64,000 bases of DNA, from assembly GCA_031262545.1 (NCBI GenBank), contig JAISHP010000104.1, positions 1,209 to 65,208 on the forward strand, in the 5' to 3' direction. Both the position numbers and the translations under genes were made by a program. The notes beneath the pieces were generated by a model. That model worked only from the letters and a program-made list of their open reading frames with translations. It ran no database searches and was not told where the DNA came from. Below are positions 56,109 to 64,000 of this stretch, in pieces (within the stretch, counting starts at the first letter, position 1; the number at the start of each line of letters is the position of its first letter). Source of the stretch: Candidatus Ancillula hodotermitis (lineage in GTDB: Bacteria > Actinomycetota > Actinomycetes > Actinomycetales > Bifidobacteriaceae).

Positions 56109-57143
56109 GTGAAACAAAAACATTATTTACTAATATTAACAAGTCATAATGACCCTTTTGCAGAGGTTTTTTACAATATTTTTGCTGAATTATATAATAA
56201 ACCTAATGTAGATATTTTTGAAGGTGTTTATAAACCAATTCCCAAAATTTTAAAACCGCTTTGGACAATCCACACGGCTAAACATCTGAATCAAAAAATT
56301 AATTTACCTTTTAAGTCAATCTGGAATCACTGGATAACTTTTAATAATTACAAAATTGATCCTAATCAAGAATATTATATTATTATTCAAAATGTGGCGC
56401 TTATTAAACGTTTTAATATCAAAGCTTTAACCCGTTTAACTGATCAGCCTAATGTTCACTTAATTTATGATATTTTAGACCCGTTTGAAGATCCTGTTTC
56501 TAATTCAGAAATGTTAAAAGTTCTTCCTTTTGAGAGAGTAATTACCTACTCCAAAGAAGATGCTGAAAAATATCACTTTGAACATTTATTAACTCCGTAT
56601 TCTGTTTTATTTCCAAAGCTTACGCAAAATATAAATCAAGAGCATAAATATAAAATGATTTTTGTTGGAGGAAATCCAAACATTAGAGGTGAAATTTTAA
56701 ATCAAATATTTACTAAATTACACAATAAACTAAATTACACAAAAAAGAATCTCTTTTTTGATTTAGTTGATGTAAATAATGATTATTTAAAAATAATGAA
56801 TTCAGAAAATACGAAACGGTGGAATATTAATAAATTTTTACCTTATAAACAAATGCTTCAAGAAACGATAAAATCTAATGTGATATTAGAAATTTCTTCT
56901 ACACAAAACCATCAATCACCTTCTTTGCGCTATTACGAAGCAGTTGTTTATAATAAAAAATTACTCACAAATATACAAGCAATTAAAAATTACCCATTTT
57001 ATAATCCAAAATATATGAAAATTTTTAATTCAATAGATGATATTGATGAAGAGCTTCTAAAATGGATAGACAGCGAGGAAATTATTGATTATAAATATGA
57101 TGGGCAATTTTCACCGGAAAAACTTCTTGATTTAGCGAGTTGA
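56109..57143 (+). CDS. Hypothetical protein in the glycan cluster (possibly a GT-B-like transferase)
   Basis: 344 aa, GTG start, no TM helix. The C-terminal half (MIFVGGNPNIRGEIL...LRYYEAVVYNKKLLT) only loosely resembles GT-B C-terminal domains. Confidence 0.35.
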   Translation: MKQKHYLLILTSHNDPFAEVFYNIFAELYNKPNVDIFEGVYKPIPKILKPLWTIHTAKHLNQKINLPFKSIWNHWITFNNYKIDPNQEYYIIIQNVALIKRFNIKALTRLTDQPNVHLIYDILDPFEDPVSNSEMLKVLPFERVITYSKEDAEKYHFEHLLTPYSVLFPKLTQNINQEHKYKMIFVGGNPNIRGEILNQIFTKLHNKLNYTKKNLFFDLVDVNNDYLKIMNSENTKRWNINKFLPYKQMLQETIKSNVILEISSTQNHQSPSLRYYEAVVYNKKLLTNIQAIKNYPFYNPKYMKIFNSIDDIDEELLKWIDSEEIIDYKYDGQFSPEKLLDLAS

Positions 57144-57200
57144 TTTAATTGGCGATGATTTAACAGGTGAAGTATCTTGAATGTGAGATAATATATTTAA

Positions 57201-57932
57201 ATGATGAGCGATAATTTAAAAATTCAAATATTAATGCCTATGGGTGGGCTTGGGCAAAGGTTTGTCGAGGCTGGGTATGACACTCCTAAACCAATGATTG
57301 AAATTGAAGGTAAACCGATGTTTATGAAAGCTTTGGAAAGTTTTCCTCAAAATTGGGAGATGCAAAATATTTTTGTTATTCGGCAAGATCAAGATCAAAA
57401 ATATAATCTAAAACAACAAATTGAAAGCACTTTGCCGACCGCTCAGGTTGAAATTTTGGATCACAACACTGGTGGGGCTGTTGAAACATGTTTAATTGCT
57501 GAGCAAGATATTGATGATGATTTACCGATTATTATTGCAGATTGTGATACAAGATTTAAATCATTAGAATATAATAAAAAAGTTGAGAAAAATCAAGTTG
57601 ATGGTTTATTGCTTTCATTTAATTCCGATGATCCTCGTTATTCTTATGCTAAATTAGATGATAATGGCAAAGTTATAGAAACCGCAGAAAAAGTTGTAAT
57701 TTCAAATCATGCTTTGCTCGGAGGTTATTATATTAAATCAGGGAAATTATTTAAAGAAATTGCTCATCAATTTGTGGACAATCCTCTTCCCCAAAATTTG
57801 AAAGAATACTTTATGTCACATTTATATAATATTTTACTTGAGAAAGGTAAAAGAGTAGAAATAGCTGATGCAGATGGTTTCGACATTTGGGGAACTCCAG
57901 AAGAGTTAAAGGCTTATTTTGACAAAAATTAA
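57201..57932 (+). CDS. Sugar/alcohol-phosphate nucleotidyltransferase (NTP_transferase fold, LicC/HddC-like)
   Basis: 243 aa. The N-terminal ILMPMGGLGQRFVEAGYDTPKPMIEIEGKPM matches the G-x-G-x-R...K-P nucleotidyltransferase signature. Confidence 0.7.
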   Translation: MMSDNLKIQILMPMGGLGQRFVEAGYDTPKPMIEIEGKPMFMKALESFPQNWEMQNIFVIRQDQDQKYNLKQQIESTLPTAQVEILDHNTGGAVETCLIAEQDIDDDLPIIIADCDTRFKSLEYNKKVEKNQVDGLLLSFNSDDPRYSYAKLDDNGKVIETAEKVVISNHALLGGYYIKSGKLFKEIAHQFVDNPLPQNLKEYFMSHLYNILLEKGKRVEIADADGFDIWGTPEELKAYFDKN

Positions 57933-58500
57933 AGCCCTATTTTTTGATATGGATGGGACTTTAGTTAATACCCACCAAGCAAATTATAAAGCATATCAAA
58001 AAGCGATTCAAGAAATTACAAAATCATTTGAATATGATTGGGGCGTTTTACAACAAAGAATTCAAGAAGGGGTTCATGTTGTTCCTTTTTTAAATGAATT
58101 AGGAATTGATGATACAAGTATTATTTCTCAAATTCGGAAAAGAAAGTCAGAAATATATCCAAATTTTATAAATGAAACAATAATTAATCAAAATTTGATT
58201 AATTTTGTAAAAATGATGAAGCAAACCGGGAATTTACAAATATTTCTTGTGACAACGGCCCAAGAAGTAAATGCAAAAAATGTATTAAATTATCATCACA
58301 TAATAGATTTGTTTGATATCACAATATTTGGAGATGGGATAAAAAATTTAAAACCAGCTCCTGATATATATTTAAAAGCACTTAAAATTGGGAATTATCA
58401 ACCTGAAGAAGTTTTAATTTTTGAAGATTCAATTTCTGGCTTTAAATCAGCTAAAGCTGCGAATATTAGCTATATAAACGTTCAAGGATGGGGGCAATAA
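57919..58500 (+). CDS. HAD-superfamily hydrolase (beta-phosphoglucomutase/phosphatase-like)
   Basis: 193 aa. HAD motif I is FFDMDGTLVNT, motif III is K (NLKPAPD) and motif IV is FEDSISG. The TTG start overlaps the upstream gene. Confidence 0.75.
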   Translation: MTKIKALFFDMDGTLVNTHQANYKAYQKAIQEITKSFEYDWGVLQQRIQEGVHVVPFLNELGIDDTSIISQIRKRKSEIYPNFINETIINQNLINFVKMMKQTGNLQIFLVTTAQEVNAKNVLNYHHIIDLFDITIFGDGIKNLKPAPDIYLKALKIGNYQPEEVLIFEDSISGFKSAKAANISYINVQGWGQ

Positions 58501-60612
58501 ATGCGAAAAGTCTTACTTATACTATTATTATTTACTGTTATTTATACAATAACTTTCTCCGGAGGAATTAGTTCGGGTTGGAGTGATGTTGTAAGTTTTG
58601 TAAATAATAACACATCAGTTATTTTGTGGTGCTGCTTAGGAGCAATTGTTATATTAGCAGGGCATGTTGTTAGAGCTTGGAAAATGTCCAATGTTTTTGA
58701 TGTGTCTGGTGCTAAAGATACGAAATTACAGTTTAAAGGTTTTGCTATAGGTTCTTTGTTTAATTTACTCTTACCTTTTAAATTTGGCGAAGTTATTAGA
58801 GCTGATTTTGTAGCACAAAAACGCAAAATTTCTTTTACATTTTCTTTCTTAGTATACTTATTAGAAAGAGCTTGTGATGCTATTTTGCTTTGTTTGCTTG
58901 CACTTTGCTTTGGTATATTTAATCATCCATCTTTTTTTGCTTTATTAATATTTTCGATTGTAATATTCGTTATTATATATTTACTTGTTTCTGAGCCAAA
59001 ATATTTTACAAAATTAATTTATAAATCTGCTAACGTATTTAGTGAGCCTTTACGGGCAAAAATTTTATTTACAATTTGGTCAGCGGGGTATGGACTTAAA
59101 AAAATAATGAATCCTAAAAAAATATTACTGTTTATTGGTCAATTACTTTTACATTGGGCTTTGTATATTTCAGGATTAGTAATTATTCTATCCAATGTTT
59201 ATAAGTTAAATGTTTTTCAATATTCAAAATTAAGTATTTCTAACTTTGTAGCTTCTGGATCTTCTTTTACGGCTGGCGGGTTAGGTAATTTTTCAACTAC
59301 AATTTTGAATTTAAATACAGAAATAACAGTAGATTCTAAGTTTTTTGCAATAGTGCTGATTTGTTGGATTAGTATGAATGTTCCTTTGGCGGTAATTGGA
59401 CTATTCTGTGCAATTTTTAAAGTTAAAGATGTGCCTTTCTTGCAAAAGAGAACGATTGCTAAAAACGCAGAGCAATCTGATACTTTCCTAGCGGCAGATA
59501 ATAAAATTCTAAGAAATGTTAATATTGCTGACAATATGCTACCTTTTATGGAAGGGGTTTTCCAAAATAATAAATTAGCCAAAGCTCTTGATAGTTCTGA
59601 AGAAGGAGAATTTTCTCTCCTTAGATATTTTAATGGTGGATCTAACGCTATTACGCTCTTAGGAAGAGAAAATATTGATGGTGAAATGAAGACTGTTGTT
59701 AAGAAATTATCAGAAGACACTCCGAATAATTCTTTGCATGATCAATATTTGTGGTTAGCGCGCTATAGTGATCAAAGAATTGTAAAAACTTATGGAGAAA
59801 GAAAAGAAAACGGAATTTATGAATTAGATATTGCCTTTGAAGAAGGATCTATTGACGGCTTTGATTATGTTCATTCTCATTCTGATCAGGAAAATCAAAA
59901 ACTTTACGAAGAGGTAGTTGACACTTTGTTTAAAAATGTTTATGTAGATTTGCACGAACAAAAGGCTGATGTAGATTTATATAATCAATATATTCAAAGA
60001 CATATTTTTACTTGCTTAGAAAAAGCGGCGGAAGTTTGTCCAATTTTTAATGAAGTTCAAAAACCAGAAAATATTATAATTAATGGTAAAGAATATTTGA
60101 ATTTAAAAGGTTGTTTAGATAAGATAAATAATAATAAGAAAATTCTTGATACTGTTCTTGATTTTAGAACTTGTGAATATGTCCACGGTGATGTAATTGT
60201 GGATAATATTATTTATTCTTCTAAGAATAATTTACCAATTATTCTTGATCCTGTTCCAAAAAATAATTTCTTTATTGGTCCTGTTTTTGATTTCGGAAAA
60301 ATTCACCAAAGTATTGATTTGGGTTATGAGTGGTTGCTCAGAAATAATGATGAAGTTAAATTAATAGATGGGAATAAAATTAATTATTTTGATGATCGTA
60401 GTCAAAAGTATAAAAATTTAATTACTTATATTAAGAAAGAGATTGAACCAAAATATTTAACTGAGAATGAAAGAAAATCTTTAGGATTGCACGCAGCTGT
60501 GAATTACTTTAGAAGGTTAAAATATCAGGTTAAATATCGTCCAGAAAATGCATTGAAGTTTTACGCTGTTGGTGTTAAGGCGTTAAATGAATGGATTCAA
60601 ACTTTTGAATAA
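58501..60612 (+). CDS. Fusion protein: N-terminal polytopic membrane domain (UPF0104 / LPG-synthase-TM-like) + C-terminal APH/choline-kinase-like phosphotransferase domain
   Basis: 703 aa. About 8 TM helices in residues 1-310, with VVRAWKM and FGEVIRADF motifs. The C-terminal half has the Brenner-type motif YVHGDVIVDNII followed by ILDPVPK and a DFG-like FDFGK. Confidence 0.55.
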   Translation: MRKVLLILLLFTVIYTITFSGGISSGWSDVVSFVNNNTSVILWCCLGAIVILAGHVVRAWKMSNVFDVSGAKDTKLQFKGFAIGSLFNLLLPFKFGEVIRADFVAQKRKISFTFSFLVYLLERACDAILLCLLALCFGIFNHPSFFALLIFSIVIFVIIYLLVSEPKYFTKLIYKSANVFSEPLRAKILFTIWSAGYGLKKIMNPKKILLFIGQLLLHWALYISGLVIILSNVYKLNVFQYSKLSISNFVASGSSFTAGGLGNFSTTILNLNTEITVDSKFFAIVLICWISMNVPLAVIGLFCAIFKVKDVPFLQKRTIAKNAEQSDTFLAADNKILRNVNIADNMLPFMEGVFQNNKLAKALDSSEEGEFSLLRYFNGGSNAITLLGRENIDGEMKTVVKKLSEDTPNNSLHDQYLWLARYSDQRIVKTYGERKENGIYELDIAFEEGSIDGFDYVHSHSDQENQKLYEEVVDTLFKNVYVDLHEQKADVDLYNQYIQRHIFTCLEKAAEVCPIFNEVQKPENIIINGKEYLNLKGCLDKINNNKKILDTVLDFRTCEYVHGDVIVDNIIYSSKNNLPIILDPVPKNNFFIGPVFDFGKIHQSIDLGYEWLLRNNDEVKLIDGNKINYFDDRSQKYKNLITYIKKEIEPKYLTENERKSLGLHAAVNYFRRLKYQVKYRPENALKFYAVGVKALNEWIQTFE

Positions 60613-60631
60613 ATAACAGAAAGGTCAAATT

Positions 60632-61405
60632 ATGAATAAATATCTACTAGCAATTACCTGCTATAATTGCGAAAACCAGGTTTCTAGAGTTTTAGATGCA
60701 ATTGATAGCGATTTAGAGAATAAAGTTGAAGAAATTATGGTGATTGATAATATTTCTACTGATAATACAGAGCAAGTTGTTTTAGATTGTATTGCTAAAA
60801 AAAGATTGTCTAAATTGCATTTATATCAAAATGTTAATAATTATTCACTTGGCGGATCCCATAAAGTTGCTTTTCTTCATGCTATTGAAAAGGGTTACAC
60901 TCATGTAATTATTCTTCATGGAGATGACCAAGCAAAAGCTGAGGAAGTTGTAAAGCTAATTGATATTGTTGAAAACACTGATCACAATACTGTTTTAGGC
61001 TCAAGATTTAATAAAAATTCTATATTGCAAGGATATGATTGGAAGAGAATAGCCGGAAATCGTGTCTTAAACATTGTTTTCTCGGTAGTTTCTGGAAAAC
61101 ATGTAGAAGACCTTGGGTCAGGATTAAATATCTTTGCTATCGGCGATTTAAAAGAAGAAAGATTTTTAAATTTCGCTGATAAATTAACTTTCAATTTTGA
61201 AATTTTATTAGATTTATTAGATAGAAAAGTTAATTTTACCTTCTGCCCTATCACTTGGAGAGAAGAGGATCAAGTTTCTAACGCCAAAAATTTCAATATC
61301 GCATGGACTGGCTTTAGTAATTTAATGAAGTGGCGTTTTACTCGTAGTAAATTTTTTACAGGAAACAAAAAAGCTAGTGACTATCAGACAAAGTTGATCG
61401 GGTAA
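60632..61405 (+). CDS. Family-2 glycosyltransferase (polyprenyl-phosphate glycosyltransferase-like, short form)
   Basis: 257 aa. Motifs LAITCYNCENQV, VIDNISTDNT, ILHGDDQ (DxD-like). Confidence 0.65.
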   Translation: MNKYLLAITCYNCENQVSRVLDAIDSDLENKVEEIMVIDNISTDNTEQVVLDCIAKKRLSKLHLYQNVNNYSLGGSHKVAFLHAIEKGYTHVIILHGDDQAKAEEVVKLIDIVENTDHNTVLGSRFNKNSILQGYDWKRIAGNRVLNIVFSVVSGKHVEDLGSGLNIFAIGDLKEERFLNFADKLTFNFEILLDLLDRKVNFTFCPITWREEDQVSNAKNFNIAWTGFSNLMKWRFTRSKFFTGNKKASDYQTKLIG

Positions 61406-61428
61406 GGTTGACTGGATAGGAAATTGAA

Positions 61429-62898
61429 GTGAAATTTATTAGTAAATATAATTGGTTGAGAAATAAATTTGAAAAAATATCAAACAGAAAATTTTTTGCT
61501 ATTTCTTTTGCTGTCCCTTTTTTGTATTGGAGTTTGAGAATATTAATAAAATCGCAAAATACTTTTAATCTTGATACATATTGGGCATTAAACGAAATTG
61601 ACAAAGTAGGCTTATTTGCTGGGAAATTTGATGTTCTTTACCCTTGGCTTTCAACATTAATTACTTATTTAACAACATTTGGGGCTAAAGGGATGAGATT
61701 ATACGGAGAAGGAGTTACTTTTGATTATGTTAATTTCGCAATTTTATTTATGATAATTACAATGTCCTTTGCTTTAGCCTATTTAGCATTGCAGATTAAT
61801 AGACAAAAATATGGTAGTAAATTGTTTAGTTTATTTATTGTAATAATTTTTTCTTTTTTTCCTCTGATAAGCGAATATGTTGTATCTAAGGGGGGAAAAG
61901 ATACTTATTTTTTAGTAAGTTTAATTTTGTTTTTAGCACTATTTTTAGAAATTTTAGAAACTAAATGCAAATGTCTAAAAGATAAAAAGTTTATTAGTAA
62001 ATTTATTATAGCAGCAACTTTAGTGTCTTTGTTAAGACCAAACGCTATATTTGCTCTAATTTTATTTTTATTAATTTTATTAATTGTTTATAAAAAATAT
62101 TGGAAATGTATTGGTTTAGCGTGTGTTTTGTTATTGATTACCATATTTGTAGTAAATCTTGGAGCAACTAAAATTTTTAATTTAAATAATTCGGATGCTC
62201 CAAATTATGAAATACAGTATTATAATCCAATAGGAACGCAACGGTTAATGGTAGAATATGTTTATTATAATAAATTAACGGTTAAAGAAGAGCAAAAATC
62301 GTTTTTTACCTCATTACAGTCAGCTGATAAATGGGCAGAGGATTATTATCCTTGGGATATGCCTCATCAAGATGGAGTTCCTAGATTTACTAAATATAGT
62401 TCTGGAGCTTTTTATAAAGAAGATTTTATAAATTTCGAAAAAAATTGGTTTCTTTTAGGTTTACAACACCCATTAGCTTATTTTACTGCTTTCTTTGATG
62501 GGACAAGAGCTACTTGGGATCCAATTTTTTCTTATTGTTCTCAACCAATGGTCTCAGAAATGGAGACTTATTCAATCGAAAAATGTCAGTATATTTCATT
62601 ATCTGGATCGTTAAGCTCCAATATTTTGCATTCCTTTGTAAATATTGTAAAATCAATTATAACGAATTTTTCATTAGTTTTTTGGATATTTATAATATTT
62701 TTAGTTATATCTATAGTAAAAAAGAAAAAGGATTTTGTTGTCTTAATTTCTTTACCTTTATGTTATTTATTTTCTATATTAATTTCATTCGGGTCTACAT
62801 GGATGTTTAGGTACATTTATCCAATTATATCTTGTTTTATAATTATCATTCCTTTGATGATTCATGAATTATGGATTTTTAGAAAAATTAATAAATAA
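61429..62898 (+). CDS. Large polytopic membrane protein, possibly a GT-C-type glycosyltransferase or polymerase
   Basis: 489 aa, GTG start. About 9 N-terminal TM helices, a soluble loop of about 130 aa (residues 255-385) and further C-terminal TM helices. I recognised no specific motif. Confidence 0.4.
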   Translation: MKFISKYNWLRNKFEKISNRKFFAISFAVPFLYWSLRILIKSQNTFNLDTYWALNEIDKVGLFAGKFDVLYPWLSTLITYLTTFGAKGMRLYGEGVTFDYVNFAILFMIITMSFALAYLALQINRQKYGSKLFSLFIVIIFSFFPLISEYVVSKGGKDTYFLVSLILFLALFLEILETKCKCLKDKKFISKFIIAATLVSLLRPNAIFALILFLLILLIVYKKYWKCIGLACVLLLITIFVVNLGATKIFNLNNSDAPNYEIQYYNPIGTQRLMVEYVYYNKLTVKEEQKSFFTSLQSADKWAEDYYPWDMPHQDGVPRFTKYSSGAFYKEDFINFEKNWFLLGLQHPLAYFTAFFDGTRATWDPIFSYCSQPMVSEMETYSIEKCQYISLSGSLSSNILHSFVNIVKSIITNFSLVFWIFIIFLVISIVKKKKDFVVLISLPLCYLFSILISFGSTWMFRYIYPIISCFIIIIPLMIHELWIFRKINK

Positions 62899-62919
62899 TA
62901 AATTAACTTTATATTCTGT

Positions 62920-64000
62920 TTACAATTCAATTTCAATCAAAGTAGGTTTTGATGTCTGGGATTTGTCTTCATTAATAAAATCTCTTGAATTAGATAATTT
63001 ATAATCTAGTCCATATGCTTTTGAAAGGGCTTCCCAGTTAGGAGAAGAGAATCCGGTTTGTTCAGTTGTCGAAAAGTATTGGCTAGCAAAATTGTTGTCT
63101 TGGAACTGGCGAATCAGACCTAAGGAGTTATTGTTGAGTAGGTAAATTTTGATTGGGAGATTGTGTTGAGCAATGTAATGTAATTCTTCTGAACACATTT
63201 GTAAACCACCATCGCCGGTTACTACACGGATATTGTTAAAACCGGCATAATATACTCCGATAGCTTTAGGAAGAGCAGAGCCCATAGTCCCGTGTCCTCC
63301 ATCAAAAATTGTACGGTCACCAGGTTTTAGGTCGAGATTAGTAGTTGCCCACTGCATATTTTGCCCGACATCAATTGTTGTAATCTGGTTGACTTTGTTA
63401 AGGTCTTGAGAATCATGAGGAAAGATGTTTTTTAAATCAAGAATTAATTTTTTGGTATTTGTTATTTCAGGAGTGGCTACACGATTAATTTCGTTTTTGT
63501 CAATATCAATTCGTATTAGTTTTTGATTTTTATTAAATTTACCACCGTTTCTAGCTAAAATACGTTCTGCTATTCTAGAGCCAAAAGAAATTATCAAATC
63601 AGATTCTAGTAAGGTTTTGTTTACCTCAGGAGATCCCCAGGCACCAACAACTCCAACAGATTTTATTGGTAAGTCTTTACCAAGCATTGTGGTAACTATT
63701 TGAAGTTCTGTTTTTTGCTCTTGTTGTTTTGTTGCCCAATTAGTAAAACCAGAAATTACTCCTGCTTGTCTAATTCCAGCACCGGCGAGAATAACGGGAT
63801 TATTGGCTGAAATAATTTGAGAATTGATATCTTTTAGAAGAGCAATTTTTTTGTCAGAATCTTCAGCTGTATTATTATTTGAATTTGATTGTTTTGACAA
63901 AAAAATTTTTGCATCTGAAATTTCTGTTCTGGAAATGTCAATTGGAAGATCAATTAAAACAGGACCTTTTCTACCTGTAGTTAACTCTTGCCAGGCTTTT
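62920..64000 (-). CDS. Thiamine-diphosphate-dependent enzyme of the acetolactate-synthase large-subunit family (partial; N-terminus lies beyond the window)
   Basis: The C-terminal ThDP domain has GTMGSALPKAIG and VVTGDGGLQMCSEELH (GDG...N). The central domain has PVILAGAGI. The frame stays open upstream of the track start at 63900 (...AWQELTTGRKGPVLIDLPIDISR...) to the window edge. Confidence 0.8.
   Translation of the reverse strand, partial: KAWQELTTGRKGPVLIDLPIDISRTEISDAKIFLSKQSNSNNNTAEDSDKKIALLKDINSQIISANNPVILAGAGIRQAGVISGFTNWATKQQEQKTELQIVTTMLGKDLPIKSVGVVGAWGSPEVNKTLLESDLIISFGSRIAERILARNGGKFNKNQKLIRIDIDKNEINRVATPEITNTKKLILDLKNIFPHDSQDLNKVNQITTIDVGQNMQWATTNLDLKPGDRTIFDGGHGTMGSALPKAIGVYYAGFNNIRVVTGDGGLQMCSEELHYIAQHNLPIKIYLLNNNSLGLIRQFQDNNFASQYFSTTEQTGFSSPNWEALSKAYGLDYKLSNSRDFINEDKSQTSKPTLIEIEL

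Overview
This is a very AT-rich, gene-dense chromosomal window with about 58 protein genes, 4 intact tRNA genes and several tRNA-derived fragments. It spans the replication-origin neighbourhood of a small genome that looks Actinomycetota-like. Supporting gene content: fused rmlC-rmlD, a DUF3027-like protein, a PASTA Ser/Thr kinase, NrdR, an RsgA with an actinobacterial-type N-terminal extension, and an actinobacterial-type tRNA-Glu.

Origin region. dnaA-dnaN-recF read leftward and rpmH-rnpA-yidD-yidC-jag read rightward from about 43-44.8 kb. The predominant gene orientation flips there. Three perfect parS palindromes lie just right of jag, but rsmG and parAB are not in the window.

Left arm (mostly minus strand): a tRNA-Tyr/Glu locus with duplication scars, rmlCD, rmlB, menA, nadA, a GT2, an MFS sugar porter, aroC, an FKBP isomerase, rsmA, sufB, sdaA, an ECF sigma factor divergent from trxB, an O-acyltransferase, rph, pnp, tRNA-His, gltX, two substrate-binding/permease fusion ABC genes, a ThrE-family gene, gyrA (without gyrB), rsgA, an acyl-CoA ligase, nrdR and pknB.

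Right arm (mostly plus strand): a GNAT, lineage-specific hypothetical proteins around uppS, tRNA-Val, an amino-acid permease and a roughly 10-kb cell-envelope glycan cluster. That cluster holds rmlA, several GT2s, a nucleotidyltransferase, a HAD hydrolase, a membrane-anchored kinase fusion, a large polytopic membrane protein and a ThDP enzyme.

Observations most worth following up:
- tRNA-Tyr and tRNA-His are each preceded by a duplicated promoter plus 5' tRNA fragment and by a segment antisense to the tRNA body.
- A 222-bp tandem duplication gives a chimeric Lys/Tyr tRNA-like remnant.
- The parS cluster has no adjacent parAB.
- A TATAAT-N6-8-start (leaderless) arrangement is pervasive and revises several start codons.
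- The glycan cluster contains an unusual membrane-domain/kinase fusion.

I saw no CRISPR array, integrase, transposase, prophage or recognisable multi-gene defence operon. All family assignments rest on motifs read by eye; no database search was run.
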